This document shows, in pieces, positions 39,110 through 49,202 of a stretch of 64,000 nt of DNA. Position 1 is the first letter of the stretch; each line of letters opens with the position of its first letter. A program made the translations under genes and the position numbers. Source of the DNA: Candidatus Aenigmatarchaeota archaeon (lineage in GTDB: Archaea > Aenigmatarchaeota > Aenigmatarchaeia > QMZP01 > QMZT01); the NCBI GenBank assembly GCA_026397315.1, contig JAPLVC010000005.1, positions 33,737-97,736 on the forward strand. The letters are read 5' to 3'. The notes beneath the pieces are model-generated. The model did no database searches, was not told the origin of the DNA, and saw only the letters and a program-made list of their open reading frames with translations.

Positions 39110-40495
39110 ATGGCATTCGAAAATGTGATTGCGGCGGTTCTCGCGGAAATAACTCCAAGTCAAAGGGAGCGGGATGAATTTTCAGCTGTCTTGGATTCTA
39201 TAGAAAGCGCAGCCGACGTTGTCATAAAACCACTGAGGCTCGAAAAAACAATAGCCGGCTCTTTCATACGCGATACGTGGCTCGCCGACAAAAAAGAAAT
39301 GGACCTTTTCATTATGTTTCCGGTTTCATATTCAAGAGAGCGACTGGAAAAAACGGGCCTTGAAGTGGGCAAAAAAATAATCAGGAAACTTAAGGGGAAA
39401 TATGCGATTGCATATGCCGAGCATCCTTACGTGAAAGGCGTCGTTAAGGGGTTTTCGGTGGACATAGTACCATGCTACAAAGTGGAGTCGGCGAGCAAGA
39501 TAAAATCCGCGGTTGACCGCACCCCATTCCATAACATGTATATATTGGAAAACCTGAAACCGGCGATGGCGGCGGACGTGCGTCTCCTAAAGCAGTTCTG
39601 CAAGGCGATGGATGTTTACGGTTCGGATATAAGAACGCTGGGTTTTTCCGGATATCTCTGTGAATTGCTTATCATAAATTACAAAAACTTCACTGGTCTT
39701 GCAGCCACGGCCAACAAATGGAAATACGGCACATTCATCGACCTTCAGAAGCACGGTGCTCCGCCGTCGTCTGAGCGCTTTAAAGGGCAACCGTTGGTTG
39801 TCATAGACCCGACGGATCCTAAAAGAAACGTCGCTGCCTCTTTATCCGAGGAAAACTTCCTGAAATTCATTGATGGTTGTAGGAATTTTATGAAAAAGCC
39901 GGTGAAAAGCTTTTTTCATATAAAAAAAATTCCGCTTAAACCATCGGAACTCATAAAAATACTGAAAGGCAGGGGTACTGAAGTCCTGTTTGTAGAGTTC
40001 AAAAGGCCGAACGTAGTGGATGACATACTCTGGTCCCAGATGAGGAAAACTGCATCGCGTCTAAAGAAACTCATGCAAGAGAATGATTTCAACGTCACTG
40101 GCCATGACGTCTGGAGCGATGAAAAAAAATCGTATTTGATGTTCGAGCTGGATAAATGGGAATTGCCGGAACTGACGAAACTGGTTGGACCGCCTGTGAC
40201 GTCGGAACAGCATTCTGCAGAATTCAGGCGAAAATACAAGGCGCTCAATGTCTATGATGAAAACGGCAGATGGGCCGTCAATGTCCGGAGAAAGTACAGG
40301 GTACCGGACGTGCTCATCAAATCTTTCCTGAAAAAAACCAGAAAGATGCTGATTAATGAAGGCGTGAGGTCTTACGTGGCCGGTGGCATTTCAAAAGGCT
40401 TCAGACTGCTTAAAAAAGACGAAGCGGTAAAACTGGCCGGAAAAAACGAGGGCTTCGCGGTTTTTCTAAAGAAATATTTCGAGCGTGAAGCATGA
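39110..40495 (+). CDS. cca: class I CCA-adding enzyme
   Basis: GSFIRDTWL..EMDLF, YAEHPYV, DIVPCY, SAVDRTPFH, GFSGYLCELL, DPTDPKRNVAAS. Confidence 0.95.
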   Translation: MAFENVIAAVLAEITPSQRERDEFSAVLDSIESAADVVIKPLRLEKTIAGSFIRDTWLADKKEMDLFIMFPVSYSRERLEKTGLEVGKKIIRKLKGKYAIAYAEHPYVKGVVKGFSVDIVPCYKVESASKIKSAVDRTPFHNMYILENLKPAMAADVRLLKQFCKAMDVYGSDIRTLGFSGYLCELLIINYKNFTGLAATANKWKYGTFIDLQKHGAPPSSERFKGQPLVVIDPTDPKRNVAASLSEENFLKFIDGCRNFMKKPVKSFFHIKKIPLKPSELIKILKGRGTEVLFVEFKRPNVVDDILWSQMRKTASRLKKLMQENDFNVTGHDVWSDEKKSYLMFELDKWELPELTKLVGPPVTSEQHSAEFRRKYKALNVYDENGRWAVNVRRKYRVPDVLIKSFLKKTRKMLINEGVRSYVAGGISKGFRLLKKDEAVKLAGKNEGFAVFLKKYFEREA

Positions 40496-40959
40496 ACACG
40501 ACCTTTCACTTCCTGTTCAACTACATTTTTCTAAATGCGCTTTTTGGCGGTGCGTGGCAGTATCTGCCGGTCATATTGGTTTTTTCAGTGATTGTAGATT
40601 TCGACCATTTGCCTTATCTTATAAAAACCGGCAGGAGCGTTGTTAAAAAAAGGTTTGGTGCCGCATCCCGGACCAGGCTTCATGAAATATACGGCCTGGC
40701 CATTTTTTCCGCAGCTTCGTGCGCGCTTTACTTTTTTGCGGACGCCAGACTTGTCGCATTTGCAATGGGCTGCCTGGCGCTCCATCTGTGTGTGGATTTT
40801 CTGACCGGCAAATCGATCCCTTTCAGACCATATTCCGCAACACAAGTATTCCTTGGTTTAACTCCTTCCGGATATTGTAATAAAATATTATTCGAATTAA
40901 CAGCTACTGCTATAGTGGGGGTGCTTTTCTGGCTGCAAATAGCAAGCTTGGTTTTGTGA
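40492..40959 (+). CDS. membrane-bound metal-dependent hydrolase (DUF457/YdjM-like)
   Basis: N-terminal His, VDFDH, RTRLHE, HLCVDF; TM helices. Confidence 0.75.
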   Translation: MNTTFHFLFNYIFLNALFGGAWQYLPVILVFSVIVDFDHLPYLIKTGRSVVKKRFGAASRTRLHEIYGLAIFSAASCALYFFADARLVAFAMGCLALHLCVDFLTGKSIPFRPYSATQVFLGLTPSGYCNKILFELTATAIVGVLFWLQIASLVL

Positions 40960-41375
40960 ACAGGATGAGAAACGGCATAGACAAGATAGGCATGGTCATG
41001 CCGTTGCCGAACGTCAGCCCAAATGCTCTCTCAGGCTTGTCCATAGTTTTCTCCCTGTTGTTTGTTTTGACACTTGGCCAGCCGTTCGTAGCGCTAGCGC
41101 TACTGGCATGCGTCCTGCTGCTTGACTGGCTGGACGGCATGGTTGCCAGGAAATACGGGAAAACATCGGATGAGGGTTACATAGTCGACGTCGCCAGCGA
41201 CAGGTTGTCGGAGGCGGTCGTGTTTTTGCCCTTTTTCTTCCCGTGGTTCTTCCTGTTCAGCTTCAATTGCATATTGGTACTATTGGCGGTCAAAAGGAAC
41301 ATCCACATAATACTCCCACTGAGGCACGTTTTCCTGGTTTTTTACGCTTTTTTGGCCTTAACGAGCCAGACCTGA
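40956..41375 (+). CDS. CDP-alcohol phosphatidyltransferase
   Basis: SPNALS; DWLDGMVAR(x8)G(x3)D(x3)DR signature. Confidence 0.88.
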   Translation: MNRMRNGIDKIGMVMPLPNVSPNALSGLSIVFSLLFVLTLGQPFVALALLACVLLLDWLDGMVARKYGKTSDEGYIVDVASDRLSEAVVFLPFFFPWFFLFSFNCILVLLAVKRNIHIILPLRHVFLVFYAFLALTSQT

Positions 41376-41459
41376 CGGACGTGGCTTTGCACCTTTAATC
41401 CCACGCCTACACCTAAAATGGCGGGGAATTAGGTTTTAAGGTGCAAAGCCGACGGACGT
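41374..41459. mobile_element. 68-bp MITE (41383-41450) with 13-bp TIRs and 9-bp target-site duplication
   Basis: GACGGACGT [GGCTTTGCACCTT...AAGGTGCAAAGCC] GACGGACGT. Confidence 0.85.
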
Positions 41460-41533
41460 TATGTATTTAAATACTTCCACGAGTAAGAATAAAGAATCTC
41501 GACCGTTTACTGCGTAAGCAGGAGGTTGTAACA

Positions 41534-42169
41534 ATGGAAGAAGAATTTTTAAAAGAAATCAGGGAAGCCAAGGAAAAATCCAAGAAAAGAAAATTTGCAC
41601 AGTCTTGGGATCTAATTATCAACCTCAAGAACCTTGACCTGAAGAAACCTGAAAACAAGCTCAACCTGGAATTCTCGCTGCCGGAGAGCAGGGGCAAGGA
41701 AACCAAAGTCCTTTTCATAGTTGACACGCTTCTTCCGGAAGCAAAGAAGACTGACGGCATGGTCATAGGAAAAGGTGACCTCGAAAGGCTCGGCAAAGAG
41801 AAGAAAATACTGAAAGGCTACGCCGACACGTATGACTGGTGGTTCTGTGAGGCGCCTCTTATGCCTCTCGTGGGTAAGACGCTTGGCGTCGTGCTCGGTC
41901 CCAGAGGCAAGATGCCGAAGCCCATCCCTCCAAAAGGCAGCGTCATGCCGTTTGTCGAAATGGCCAAGAGAATGGTGAAGATAAGAGTGAAAGATTCGCC
42001 TGTCATACAGGTGCCCGTAGGAACGGAGAACATGAAAGAAGAGCAGATAATGAAGAACGTTATCGCTGTCATGAACTTCGTGAAGGAGAAACTGCCGAAA
42101 GGTAAAATAAACATAAAGGATGCATACATTAAGCTTACGATGGGTCCGCCCGTAAAGCTCAAGGTGTAA
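41534..42169 (+). CDS. rpl1: 50S ribosomal protein uL1
   Basis: RKFAQSWDLIINLK, LGVVLGPRGKMPKP, KLTMGPP. Confidence 0.96.
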   Translation: MEEEFLKEIREAKEKSKKRKFAQSWDLIINLKNLDLKKPENKLNLEFSLPESRGKETKVLFIVDTLLPEAKKTDGMVIGKGDLERLGKEKKILKGYADTYDWWFCEAPLMPLVGKTLGVVLGPRGKMPKPIPPKGSVMPFVEMAKRMVKIRVKDSPVIQVPVGTENMKEEQIMKNVIAVMNFVKEKLPKGKINIKDAYIKLTMGPPVKLKV

Positions 42170-42171
42170 AC

Positions 42172-43023
42172 ATGGTATCAGAAAGAAAGAAACTGGCTGT
42201 GGAGCAACTAAAGGCCGACTTTAAAAAATACCCGATAGTGGGCATAGTAGACATGTATAAGCTGCCGGCAAAACAGCTGCAGGAAATAAAGGACAGCCTT
42301 CGCGGCAAAGCTGTCATAAAAATGGCCAAGAAGAGCGTCATAAAACTCGCCATGGAGGGCGCCGTAAGCGGCCTGGAGAAGCTCGAGGAAAAAATAAGGA
42401 ACCAGCCTGCTATACTGCTCAGCGATGTCGACCCTTTCGAGCTCGCAAGGGTTATTGATGCTTCAAAATCCAGCGCCGCGGCAAAACCGGGCGACATAGC
42501 ACCCAGGGACATTGTAATCAAAGAAGGTCCGACAAGCCTCAAGCCAGGTCCTGTGATAGGAGAGCTGCAAAGGGTCAAGCTGCCTGCAGGAGTCGATGGC
42601 GATAAAATTGTCATAAAGAAAGACGCAGTCATAGTCAAAGAAGGCGAACATATAACAAAGCCCGTCGCCGACGTGCTCATGAAGCTTGGCGTCCAGCCAA
42701 TGGAAATCGCACTCACCCTCATGGCAGTTTATGACAGGGGCACGATATACGGCAGGGACATACTATTCATACCAAGGGAGAAGTATGAAAGCGACCTGAT
42801 AAACGCTTACAGGTGCGCCTTCAACCTCGCCCTGAACATAGGCCTTCCGACAGAGGCAACGCTTCCGATATTGCTGGCAAAAGCCTACAGGGAAGCCATG
42901 AGTCTTGCAGTGGAAGCCAATATTATGACAAAAGACAACGTTGAATTCATGCTGGCAAAAGCCAACGCGCAGATGGTGGCGCTCAAAGATAAGGTCGGCG
43001 ATGTGAGCGCCGTTAATGCTTGA
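42172..43023 (+). CDS. rpl10: 50S ribosomal protein uL10 (P0)
   Basis: AKPGDIAPRDI, GPTSLKPGP, KLGVQPMEI. Confidence 0.95.
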   Translation: MVSERKKLAVEQLKADFKKYPIVGIVDMYKLPAKQLQEIKDSLRGKAVIKMAKKSVIKLAMEGAVSGLEKLEEKIRNQPAILLSDVDPFELARVIDASKSSAAAKPGDIAPRDIVIKEGPTSLKPGPVIGELQRVKLPAGVDGDKIVIKKDAVIVKEGEHITKPVADVLMKLGVQPMEIALTLMAVYDRGTIYGRDILFIPREKYESDLINAYRCAFNLALNIGLPTEATLPILLAKAYREAMSLAVEANIMTKDNVEFMLAKANAQMVALKDKVGDVSAVNA

Positions 43024-43039
43024 AAGAAGGAGGGATAAC

Positions 43040-43339
43040 ATGGAAATGCTATACGCAGCCTTGCTTCTTCATTCACTGGGCAAGGAAATAAACGAGGTAC
43101 ACGTAAAAAGAGTGATGGAAGCCGCAGGCGGCAGCGCAGACGAAGCGCAGGTAAAGGCTCTTGTATCGAACCTGAAGAATGTCAACATAGCAGATGCGAT
43201 AAAAGGCGCTTCATTCGTACAGGCTGCAGCACCGTCATCCGACAAACCCAAGGAAGAGAAGACAGAAAGCAAGAAAGAAGAGAAACAGGAAGACAAAACA
43301 GAAGAAGCAGCAGCAGGGCTTGGCGCGCTTTTCGGTTAA
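43040..43339 (+). CDS. rpl12: 50S ribosomal protein P1/L12
   Basis: YAALLLH...acidic tail EEAAAGLGALFG; SD GGAGG before ATG 43040. Confidence 0.96.
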   Translation: MEMLYAALLLHSLGKEINEVHVKRVMEAAGGSADEAQVKALVSNLKNVNIADAIKGASFVQAAAPSSDKPKEEKTESKKEEKQEDKTEEAAAGLGALFG

Positions 43340-43447
43340 GCCTTTCACTTTTTTTATTTTGTGAAAAGCGCGGCCCTTCCTAATTCTAATTAGGTTTCAA
43401 ACGGCAGACTATCTAATTTAAAGCAACAGACAGAGAAATAATAAATT

Positions 43448-46282
43448 ATGAAACCGGATAAGGAAATCAAAAAGGAGTTCAGACCCAAGTTCTGGGTAGA
43501 CCCGGACAAATATTACGCGACATCCGTCCTGAAGGAAGAGGGGTTCGCGAGGAAAATCTGCCCGAAATGTAAAAAGCCTTTCTGGTCAACCGATTCCGAA
43601 CGTAAGGTGTGCGGCGATCCCGCGTGTAGTGGTGAGGGATTCGCCTTCATAGGCAACACTCCGGCCAAGCGAAAGCTCGGCTATGTTGACGTCTGGCTTG
43701 AATTCTCAAAGATGTTCCGGCGTCTGGGCTATACGCCGATAAAGCGTTATCCGGTCGTCGCCAGGTGGAACCCCACCATGGAATACACGAACTCGTCAAT
43801 CGCCGCATTCCAGCCGTATGTCATTTCCGGCGAGGTCGAGCCACCCGCCAATCCACTGGTCATACCGCAGTTCTGCCTAAGGTTCAACGACATAGACAAC
43901 GTTGGCATCACCCAGTCGCATCACACGGGTTTTGTGATGATTGGCCAGCACATGTTTGTCAAGCCTGAAAAGTGGGACCAGAACAGAATATTCAGGGATA
44001 TATACACCTGGTTGAACAAAGGCCTTGGCCTCGGCAAAGATGACATAATATTTCACGAGGATGCATGGGCGGGCGGCGGCAATTTCGGCCCGTGCATGGA
44101 GTTTTTCTCGCGCGGCTGCGAGCTTGGCAACCAGGTTTACATGCTCTACGAGCAGACGCCTTCCGGCAACAAAGAGCTTGGTATAAAAGTCCTTGACATG
44201 GGCATGGGCCATGAGAGGAACGCGTGGTTCTCGCAAGGATGCGAGACGATTTACGATGCAGCATTTCCTGACGTTGTCAGCAAGTTGATTGCGAAGACGG
44301 GAGTCAAAATAGACAAGCATCTTATGAAAAAATACATACCTCACGCCAGCCTGCTCAACATCGACGAGACGGATGATATAGAAAAGGCGTGGAAGACTGT
44401 GGCGAAAAATGTCGGCATCGATGTCAAAGAGCTGCGCGATTTCATACTACCGCTGTCAGGCGTATATTCGATAGCCGAACACGCCAGAACGCTGCTTTTC
44501 GCCCTGACCGACGGCGGCCTGCCAAGCAACGTTGGTGGAGGCTACAACCTGCGAATGCTAGCGAGAAGGGCCATGTCCTTCGATACAGAATACGGGTGGT
44601 GTGTGGACTTTGCAAAGGTCTGTGAATGGCACGCTTCTTACCTTAAACCCATATTTCCCGAACTTTCTGAAAACATAGATGACGTTGTGAAAATACTGGA
44701 AGTCGAGCGCAGCAAATACGAAAGCACCAGGGTAAATTCAGTCAGGATAGTTGCGGATCTGCTGAAGAAGGGCGTGGACGAGCGCGAATTGCTTAAGCTT
44801 TACGACAGCCAGGGCATACCCCCCGAAATAATAAAGGAGGAGTTCGAAAAACACGGCAAGAAAATAAAGATACCCGATGATTTCTACTCCAAGGTATCTG
44901 GCATGCACGAAAAGCAAAAACAAATTGCCGAAACCGGGGCAGGCGAGAAGCTTCCTTTGAGTGGGACAGAAGACACAAAAATATTATACTATAACGATTA
45001 CAGGATTTCCGATTTTGAAGCTAAAGTTATGAAAGTCGTCGGTGAAAACGTCGTCCTCGACCAGACTGCGTTCTATCCGACATCAGGAGGACAGTTGCAC
45101 GACATAGGAAAAATAAACGACAAAAACGTTATTGAAATTTTCAAACAGGGTAGCATTATTGTTCATAAGATGGAACCGCATCACGGTCTTAAAGAAGGCC
45201 AGACTGTTTCATGTGCGATTGACAAAAGGAGAAGACTGAAACTGTCGCAACAGCACACAGCGACGCATATATTGAATGCAGCCGCGCGCGAAGTGCTTGG
45301 AAGGCATGTCAACCAGGCAGGCGCGAAAAAGACCGAAGACAAATCGCATCTTGATATAACGCACTACCTGCCGATAACCAACGACGAGATAAAGAAGATG
45401 GAGGAGCTTGCGAACAGGATGGCTGCCAAAGGCATCACAATAGAAAAGTTGCTGATACCGCGCAACGAAGCTGAAAAAAGGTTCGGCATGAGAATATACC
45501 AGGGCGGCGCCGTTCCCGGAAAGCTCCTGAGAATCGTGAATGTGCCCGGTATAGATGTCGAAGCGTGCGGCGGAACGCACCTCAACAACACAAAAGAAGT
45601 TGGCAAGATAAAGATACTGAAAGTTACAAAAATACAGGATGGCATAGATCGTATAGAGTTCACTGCTGGTGAAGGGGCAAAAAAAGTCGGTGATATGGAA
45701 GCCGCAATGCTGAATGACGTCGTTAAAGGTCTGCAGCGTTTCGCCAGTTTTAAACACGACAAAAACCCATCCAAAAATCTCAGGGACTGTGCTAACGTTT
45801 TTTCGGTGTCGGTTGACCAGGTTGGCAAAACCATTGAAAAATTTTCGGAAGAAATAAGCACTTACGGCAAAAAGCTCGACAAGAAAATCGCGATCAAGCA
45901 CGTTAAAGATACCAAAGAAGCGTGCGAGCATGTTTTCGCACTGTACAAAACGATGAAAAAGAATTATGAAAACCTGACGAATGAAAAGGCCGGTTCTGAA
46001 ATTGACGCCTTTTTACAGAAAGTCAAGAACAACGAAATATTTGAAAGTGTGGACATGGAGAGGAAAGAAATGATACAGCTTTGCGACTCGCTCGTTTCAA
46101 AGCACCCGGAAATCACTGTTATTCTTGTCAACAGACAAGGCGAAGTGGTCGGCGCAAGCGAGCGCAAGGATATTTCAAAGGAAGTTCGGCGCCTGTGCGA
46201 ACGCTGCTGCGGCTCCGGCGGCGGAAAGGGGCGAATGGCGCAGGGCAAGCTCGATATAGCTAAGTTTGAACGTGAAAAATAA
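43448..46282 (+). CDS. alaS: alanyl-tRNA synthetase
   Basis: N-terminal zinc ribbon, RYPVVARW, CLRFNDIDNVG, WAGGGNFGP, editing motifs HTATH and ACGGTH, GSGGG. Confidence 0.97.
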   Translation: MKPDKEIKKEFRPKFWVDPDKYYATSVLKEEGFARKICPKCKKPFWSTDSERKVCGDPACSGEGFAFIGNTPAKRKLGYVDVWLEFSKMFRRLGYTPIKRYPVVARWNPTMEYTNSSIAAFQPYVISGEVEPPANPLVIPQFCLRFNDIDNVGITQSHHTGFVMIGQHMFVKPEKWDQNRIFRDIYTWLNKGLGLGKDDIIFHEDAWAGGGNFGPCMEFFSRGCELGNQVYMLYEQTPSGNKELGIKVLDMGMGHERNAWFSQGCETIYDAAFPDVVSKLIAKTGVKIDKHLMKKYIPHASLLNIDETDDIEKAWKTVAKNVGIDVKELRDFILPLSGVYSIAEHARTLLFALTDGGLPSNVGGGYNLRMLARRAMSFDTEYGWCVDFAKVCEWHASYLKPIFPELSENIDDVVKILEVERSKYESTRVNSVRIVADLLKKGVDERELLKLYDSQGIPPEIIKEEFEKHGKKIKIPDDFYSKVSGMHEKQKQIAETGAGEKLPLSGTEDTKILYYNDYRISDFEAKVMKVVGENVVLDQTAFYPTSGGQLHDIGKINDKNVIEIFKQGSIIVHKMEPHHGLKEGQTVSCAIDKRRRLKLSQQHTATHILNAAAREVLGRHVNQAGAKKTEDKSHLDITHYLPITNDEIKKMEELANRMAAKGITIEKLLIPRNEAEKRFGMRIYQGGAVPGKLLRIVNVPGIDVEACGGTHLNNTKEVGKIKILKVTKIQDGIDRIEFTAGEGAKKVGDMEAAMLNDVVKGLQRFASFKHDKNPSKNLRDCANVFSVSVDQVGKTIEKFSEEISTYGKKLDKKIAIKHVKDTKEACEHVFALYKTMKKNYENLTNEKAGSEIDAFLQKVKNNEIFESVDMERKEMIQLCDSLVSKHPEITVILVNRQGEVVGASERKDISKEVRRLCERCCGSGGGKGRMAQGKLDIAKFEREK

Positions 46283-46303
46283 GATAAAATAAGCGGAAAA
46301 AAA

Positions 46304-46735
46304 TTAACCCGTGCAATATACGCTCGCGGTTTGTGTTCTGCTGGCCACCACAAAGTCATATGAGCATGTTTTGGCTTGCCCTGAAACTGTAACGCAATTA
46401 TCTATAATTGCTTTTGCAAAACCGCCTGCGTCTGTTGATGTTATGTTGTCATTGCCATTACATAACCCACTCACATTACACCAAGTTACAATAACTGGTA
46501 TTCCATTTGACAATACTGTCACATCGTTTTTCAAGCTAATCTTTTCTGTTCCCATGTTGTGAAGTATCACCATAACATCTCTGCCATTTATGCACTTCTG
46601 CGTTGGAATCTCTATGGTCTTTGCCGTAAGCGATGTGAAGAAGTTGCCCATGTATGTCCATGCCGCGGCTGCCAAACCTACAGTTATCAGTAAAAGTATT
46701 ATGACGGATATTATTGGCGTTATACCCTTTTTCAT
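46304..46735 (-). CDS. archaeal type IV pilin
   Basis: MKKG/ITPIISVIILLLITVGLAAAAW class III signal peptide; SD GAGGT. Confidence 0.9.
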   Translation of the reverse strand: MKKGITPIISVIILLLITVGLAAAAWTYMGNFFTSLTAKTIEIPTQKCINGRDVMVILHNMGTEKISLKNDVTVLSNGIPVIVTWCNVSGLCNGNDNITSTDAGGFAKAIIDNCVTVSGQAKTCSYDFVVASRTQTASVYCTG

Positions 46736-46775
46736 GTTTTACCTCCCTCAATATATTGACGCGGTGAATATCAAT

Positions 46776-47279
46776 TCAAACTCTGTATTCAGAGGATGGC
46801 GCTCTCATCGGCATGCCTGGCGACGGTGCTGGCGCATAGAAGCGCTTGAGTCTCTTCTCTATGATGCCTAGCGTCGTAAGAACTGCCTGGTTGGTTTCGG
46901 AATCTCTTTTGTTTTGGTTTATCAGCTCGCTCAGCTTGTCGACAAGTGGTGTCATTACTTCCTTTGAGACGTTGGATACTTCCTCTTCTTCCGCGGATAT
47001 CTTGAGAAGTTTCATGAACTCCCTCATCTCGAGGATGAGATCATCCATCTTCTTCGGCAGCTTTGAAACTTCTCCTATGAGGTCGTTGTTGGCTTTTATA
47101 GAGCTGTCTATGATCTTCTGGTTTGATTTTATAAGGTCCACTACCTGCTCTATGAGTCTGTTAACCTCGGAAGAATAGGAACCCCCCTCCACCTTTTCAA
47201 TCCTTTTTTCGAGCCTTCTGAGAGGCGATGTTGGTATTATCTCGAATTCGTCGTCCGAACTGGAACTTTCTGGTGTCAT
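46776..47279 (-). CDS. coiled-coil hypothetical protein
   Basis: Heptad-rich helical sequence; acidic N-terminus DDEFEIIP; Pro-rich tail. Confidence 0.7.
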   Translation of the reverse strand: MTPESSSSDDEFEIIPTSPLRRLEKRIEKVEGGSYSSEVNRLIEQVVDLIKSNQKIIDSSIKANNDLIGEVSKLPKKMDDLILEMREFMKLLKISAEEEEVSNVSKEVMTPLVDKLSELINQNKRDSETNQAVLTTLGIIEKRLKRFYAPAPSPGMPMRAPSSEYRV

Positions 47280-47355
47280 AATAAATAGTTGTCAGTCTCC
47301 ATATAAATATTTTCACAGGAAAAAAGGGGGTAGGCCGTTGCCGGCCATTGCTATT

Positions 47356-48993
47356 TTAGTATTCTTCTGGCATGCCGCCTGCGCCGGGCATGGGCGGCAT
47401 TTTGCCGCCACCGGATCCAGATGATATGATGTCGTCTATTCTCAGTATCATTTCCGCGACTTCTCCGGCGCTCTTTATCGCCTGTATCTTTATTTTAAGC
47501 GGCTCTATGACGCCAAGCGCGAGCATGTCGCTGACTTCGCCCGTCATGACGTTAAGGCCCATCGTAAGCTTGTTCTTGTCGTGCTCGGCCCTGAGCATCG
47601 CGAGCTTGTCTATCGGGTCGAGGCCTGCGTTCTCCGCAAGGCTTTTGGGCACGACTTCCATCGCGTTCGCGAAGGCGTTTATGGCCAGTTGTTCACGTCC
47701 CTTGAATGACTCTGCGTATTTCCTGAGCTGCTTGGCCAGCTGGACTTCGATAGCTCCTCCGCCAGGCACTATCTTGCCGAGCTCAAGCGACGCGGCTATG
47801 CCTTTGACGGCGTCTTCCATCGCACGTTCGACTTCGTCAATTACGTGTTCGCTGCCGCCGCGGATGAGTATCGTTACAGCCTTCGGCTCCTTGCATTTTT
47901 CGACGAATATCATTTCCTCGCCGGCGATTTTCTTTTCCTCAACGACGCCTGCAAAGCCGATGTCGTTTTTGCCTATATCCTTGAGGTTTGTGACGATCTT
48001 CGCTCCGGTCGCCCTGGCAAGCTTGTCCATGTCGGATTTTTTGACCCTGCGGGCTGCCATCACTCCCGCTTTCGCTAGATAATGCTGGGCCATGTCGTCT
48101 ATGCCCTTCTGACAGAAAACGACATTCGCCCCTGTTTTTATCACGATGTTTGCCATATCGCGTATAGTGCGCTCTTCTCCGTCAAGGAATGCCTGAAGCT
48201 TTTCGGGCGAGTCAATGCTTATCTTGGCGTCACCTTCCAGCTCCTTAACCTCAAGAGCGGAATCTATGAGCATTATTTTAGCCTTCTCCAGTCTCTTGGG
48301 CATTGATGAATGGGCAACTTCCTTGTCGAGCACGATGCCGTCGATGAGCTCAGTATCCGCCATGGAGCCACCCGATTTTTTCTCAATCTTTATGTTTTCA
48401 GTGTCAACAGTGACCTTGCCATCCTTCGCTTCGGCTATCCTCTTCACGGCTTTGACCGCGAGCTCGGAAAGCTTATCTGAAGCGCGCTCGGCGGACTTGC
48501 CTGTCATGGCCGTGTTCGCGATGTTCTTCAGCGTCTCCTCGTTCTCGATTGTGACGCTCTTTGCGAGTTTCTCAACCAGCTCCAGTGCTTTCGTTTTCGC
48601 AAGCCTGTAACCCTTCGTCACGACTGTTGGATGTATCTGCTGCTCGAGTAGCTTCTCTGCCTCAAAAAGTAATTCACCAGCAAGTATGACTGCTGTCGTC
48701 GTTCCGTCACCGACTGCTTCGTCCTGCGTTTTCGCGACCTCGACCATCATCTTCGCTGCCGGATGCTCTATTTGCATCTCTTTGAGTATGGTGGCACCAT
48801 CGTTGGTTATCGTAATGTCTCCAAGCGAGTCAACCAACATCTTGTCCATACCTTTGGGTCCAAGTGTGGTGCGAACCGCGTCAGCGACCAACTTTGCCGC
48901 TGCTATGTTGTTTTTATGAGCCTCCCTGCCTTTCGTCCTGAGCGTTCCTTCAGGTAATATAAAAATTGGCTGAATCGACTGCGCTCCGTTCAT
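47356..48993 (-). CDS. ths: thermosome (group II chaperonin)
   Basis: [34 protein letters not shown]-like tail. Confidence 0.97.
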   Translation of the reverse strand: MNGAQSIQPIFILPEGTLRTKGREAHKNNIAAAKLVADAVRTTLGPKGMDKMLVDSLGDITITNDGATILKEMQIEHPAAKMMVEVAKTQDEAVGDGTTTAVILAGELLFEAEKLLEQQIHPTVVTKGYRLAKTKALELVEKLAKSVTIENEETLKNIANTAMTGKSAERASDKLSELAVKAVKRIAEAKDGKVTVDTENIKIEKKSGGSMADTELIDGIVLDKEVAHSSMPKRLEKAKIMLIDSALEVKELEGDAKISIDSPEKLQAFLDGEERTIRDMANIVIKTGANVVFCQKGIDDMAQHYLAKAGVMAARRVKKSDMDKLARATGAKIVTNLKDIGKNDIGFAGVVEEKKIAGEEMIFVEKCKEPKAVTILIRGGSEHVIDEVERAMEDAVKGIAASLELGKIVPGGGAIEVQLAKQLRKYAESFKGREQLAINAFANAMEVVPKSLAENAGLDPIDKLAMLRAEHDKNKLTMGLNVMTGEVSDMLALGVIEPLKIKIQAIKSAGEVAEMILRIDDIISSGSGGGKMPPMPGAGGMPEEY

Positions 48994-49202
48994 AAAATCA
49001 CCCCATTCCTTCCCTTCAATTCATCATCAACCTATGCCGGTTTATAATGAGTCAGGAGATATACTCTTTAATATAAGGGTTATTTATAAATTTTTCCCTT
49101 ATACACTGTAACTATAAGTGGCATGCAAGTAATTTAAAAGGCCACCCCAATATACATAAATCGGCGGTTGTTTTGTGCATTTGACTGCAGGCTGCCTGCC
49201 GC

